Shown in pieces: positions 1-18,513 of a DNA stretch of 18,513 bases. A model generated the notes under the pieces. That model was not told the origin of the DNA, ran no database searches, and was given only the letters and a program-made list of their open reading frames with translations. Source of the DNA: Tubiluchus corallicola. Its lineage: Eukaryota > Animalia > Priapulida. A program made the position numbers and the translations under genes. The stretch is from the NCBI GenBank assembly GCA_030141605.1, contig JAQGDQ010001989.1, forward strand, positions 1 through 18,513, written 5' to 3'. How positions within the stretch are numbered: position 1 is the stretch's first letter; each line of letters begins with the position of its first letter.

Positions 1-390
1 AAGTGATAGTGAAACAATAGTGATACAAAGTGATAGTGATACAATAGTGATACAAAGTGATAGTGAAACAATAGTGATACAAAGTGATAGTGATACAATA
101 GTGATACAAAGTGATAGTGATACAAAGTGATAGTGATACAATAGTGATACAAAGTGATAGTGATACAAAGTGATAGTGATACAATAGTGATACAAAGTGA
201 TAGTGATACAATAGTGATACAAAGTGATAGTGATACAATAGTGATACAAAGTGATAGTGATACAATAGTGATACAAAGTGATAGTGATAAAATAGTGATA
301 CAAAGTGATAGTGATACAATAGTGATACAAAGTGATAGTGATACAATAGTGATACAAAGTGATAGTGATACAATAGTGACACAAAGTTTT
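1..390 (+). repeat. 27-bp satellite array (acaatagtgatacaaagtgatagtgat)n, truncated by the window start
   Basis: Directly visible; built from agtgat subunits, with occasional 16-bp short units. Confidence 0.97.
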
Positions 391-596
391 TCCTGACATT
401 TATTTTTCTAACCTCTTGTTTTAAAACTTCTGTATCTTTGGAAAAATCTCAGGGAATGAGCTAAAATTTTTGGTTTTTTGGTGTTTATAAAAAAAGCATC
501 AGTAACATCAGTGTGATAATTTTCAAGCAATTCTGTTATTTTTTTCTTATAATAGATCGATTAAATTTTGGCACATTTTTTGCACCACCCCATACA

Positions 597-843
597 TGTG
601 TGCATGTGTGTGTGTGTGTGTGTGTGTGTGTGCTTGCGTGTGTGCATGCGTGCGTGTGTGTGTGTGTGTGTGTGTGTGCGCACATGTGCTTGCGTGCATG
701 TGTGTGTGTGTGCTTGCGTGTGTGTGTGCGCGTGTGTGTGTGTGTGCGCGTGTGTGTGTGTGTGCGCGTGTGCTTGAGTGCGTGCGTGCATGCGTGTGTG
801 TGTGTGTGTGTGCACGTGTGCTTACGTGCGTGCGTGTGTGTGT
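597..843. repeat. Imperfect (TG)n/(TGCG)n microsatellite
   Basis: Directly visible alternating purine-pyrimidine tract. Confidence 0.97.
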
Positions 844-1314
844 ACTGTTGTTGTAATATATTCCGTTGTAATAAATTTGCCTTTTAAAATAAAAGCTGGA
901 AAATCTTAACAGGAAATGTTCAAAAAAAGAAATATTGAGACTTACAATATAGTTTACAAACAAAATCTACAATACACATTTTCCGAAGTTAAAAACTGAT
1001 ATTTACAGGCATCAGAAACTATAGCGTCATTAAATCACAAAACATGACTCAAATTTTACAATAGCATTTCACACAGTCTTACTCACGCTCACCTTTCTGT
1101 TTATTATTGGGTGCTGTTAGGCATACAGCCATGACTAAACGTCGTAGACAGCCCAGTTTTCCCAGAGGCGTGTTGTGTCGATTTAGAAACGACAACTCCT
1201 TGCGTGCCTTAGGAACATTTTGCCTACAAAAACAACAAAATACGTCAGAAAACAAGCAACTCGTGCAAACAAAAAACGTAGCGAACGCTAATTACAAACA
1301 GATAAAATGACAGA

Positions 1315-2132
1315 AACTTTGTAGTCACTATTGTATCACTATCACTTTGTATCACTATTGTATCACTATCACTTTGTATCACTATTGTATCAATCATCAC
1401 TTTGTATCAATCATTGTATCACATCACTTTGGTATCACTATCACTTTGTATCACTATTGTATCACTATCACTTTGTATCACCATCACTTTGTATCACTAT
1501 TGTATCACTATCACTTTGTATCACTATTGTTTCACTACTTTGTATCACTATTGTATCACTATCACTTTGTATCACCATTGTATCACTATCACTTTGTATC
1601 ACTATTGTATCACTATCACTTTGTATCACTATTGTATCACTATCACTTTGTATCACTATTGTATCACTATCACTTTGTATCACTATCACTTTGTATCACT
1701 ATTGTATCACTATCACTTTGTATCACTATTGTATCACTATCACTTTGTATCACTATCACTTTGTATCACTATTGTATCACTATCACTTTGTATCACTATT
1801 GTTTCACTATCACTTTGTATCACTATTGTATCACTATCACTTTGTATCACTATTGTTTCACTATCACTTTGTATCACTATTGTATCACTATCACTTTGTA
1901 TCACTATTTTATCACTATCACTTTGTATCACTATTGTATCACTATCACTTTGTATCACTATTGTATCACTATCACTTTGTATCACTATTGTATCACTATC
2001 ACTTTGTATCACTATTGTATCACTATCACTTTGTATCACTATCACTTTGTATCACTATTGTATCGCTATCACTTTGTATCACTATTGTATCACTATCACT
2101 ATTGTATCACTATCACTTTGTATCACTATTGT
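1315..2132 (-). repeat. Same 27-bp satellite array in inverted orientation
   Basis: (atcactatcactttgtatcactattgt)n is the reverse complement of the array at 1-390. Confidence 0.97.
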
Positions 2133-2505
2133 TAGAATTTACTGTAAATGCTCTATGTGTCACCATTTTCACTGCAAATTAGAGGAAGGCGTTCCTTTAA
2201 ACATCTGACACAGTTTCTCATTCCTTTAAGGGGGGTATTTAGTCTCAGCACCCAATTTTTGATTTTGGTTCCTCTGTATCGACTACTCTGTGTGTCCGTT
2301 GTGTGCTTTTTTCTTCAAGGGAGTTCCAGATACCGCAGTTCCAGAGGTTTAAATCCCATTTTTTTCTTGACAGCAAGTCTTTATCCATACTTTGTCTTCT
2401 GTGGTGAAGATGCTGATATAAACTGGTTGATTTCTTTATTGTTTTGCTGCCATCTATTGAGTGTTTTATACGTCAGTGTGACTGTTTTTCAGTTGATGAT
2501 CAGCT

Positions 2506-2752
2506 GACATCGTTCCATCATTTAAATTTTGAACAATGAATTTTGATGGCATTGTTTCATCATTTAAATTTTTAACAATGATTTTTGATGACATTGTTCC
2601 ATCATTTAATTTTTTAACAATGATTTTTGATGACATTGTTCCATCATTTAAATTTTTAACAATGATTTTTGATGACATTGTTCCATCATTTAAATTTTTA
2701 ACTATGATTTTTGATGACATTGTTTCATCATTTAAATTTTTAACAATGATTT
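2506..2752. repeat. 42-bp minisatellite, about 6 copies
   Basis: Unit atttttgatgacattgttccatcatttaaatttttaacaatg. Confidence 0.95.
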
Positions 2753-3203
2753 GTGTTTCTACTTTATTTACTTACTTGGGTTTACTTAGCCTAATGAGAA
2801 GACCTTTTTCTTTGAAAACAGTGAAACCTATTGCATAATTTAGAAATATTGTGCATTATATATTTTTTGATGGAAAATGGATGGACATTAAACAATGATG
2901 GATATTATGGATACTAAACAATGGAAAATTTGATACAGCATGTTTTCAGTGTTGGTGTTGAAGCTATATGCCTCACTGTGTTATAATTAATATGGTACAA
3001 TATGCATTTAGTGCATTAGAGATTAAATAACAGCTGCATGTAGTAATCACTATGCAATAATTTGCAGAGGAGGACTGTTGCTTTTGGCTTCTAAGCAAAA
3101 TATTTTAACTTTTGCCCAACTTAATGAATTACTTTGGCATTTCTGAAGCCCAAGCGTCTGTAAGGAAAAGCCCGTTATCATTGACTTTTGCCTGTTTTTT
3201 CAG

Positions 3204-18513
<15,310 letters not shown>

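Noticed and set aside
154-2208. ORFs such as (TIVIQSDSD)n, (CV)n, (HT)n, (SLLYHYHFV)n
   Set aside because: Translations of satellite and microsatellite DNA, open in many frames at once.
1106-2256. 11-bp inverted match attgggtgctg / cagcacccaat
   Set aside because: Too short to distinguish from chance and no TSD.
2320-2346. Possible 27-nt microexon GVPDTAVPE after ttcttcaag
   Set aside because: Weak AAG acceptor and gtttaa donor, no homology support, and it contains a local agttccaga duplication.

Overview
This is AT-rich animal (probably invertebrate) genomic DNA, not prokaryotic. It holds nine internal + strand exons of an ANKRD27/VARP orthologue: the end of the VPS9 domain, the CHPLCxCxxC zinc 'fingernail', the first ankyrin-repeat block and a Ser-rich linker. 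The exons join in frame through GT-AG introns, and the gene continues beyond both window edges. The introns are crowded with repeats: an inverted pair of 27-bp satellite arrays (foldback-like), 42-, 54-, 44- and ~32-bp minisatellites, microsatellites, a hAT-type MITE carrying a long (CT)n, a TA-flanked Tc1/mariner-pogo-type MITE, two near-identical piggyBac-type MITEs and a LINE 3' fragment. Most long ORFs in the track are repeat artefacts. I see no demonstrably new biological system. The best leads are a phase-matched degenerate twin of the VPS9 catalytic exon, the foldback structure, twin MITEs bracketing an in-frame exon pair, and an interleaved inverted-repeat arrangement.
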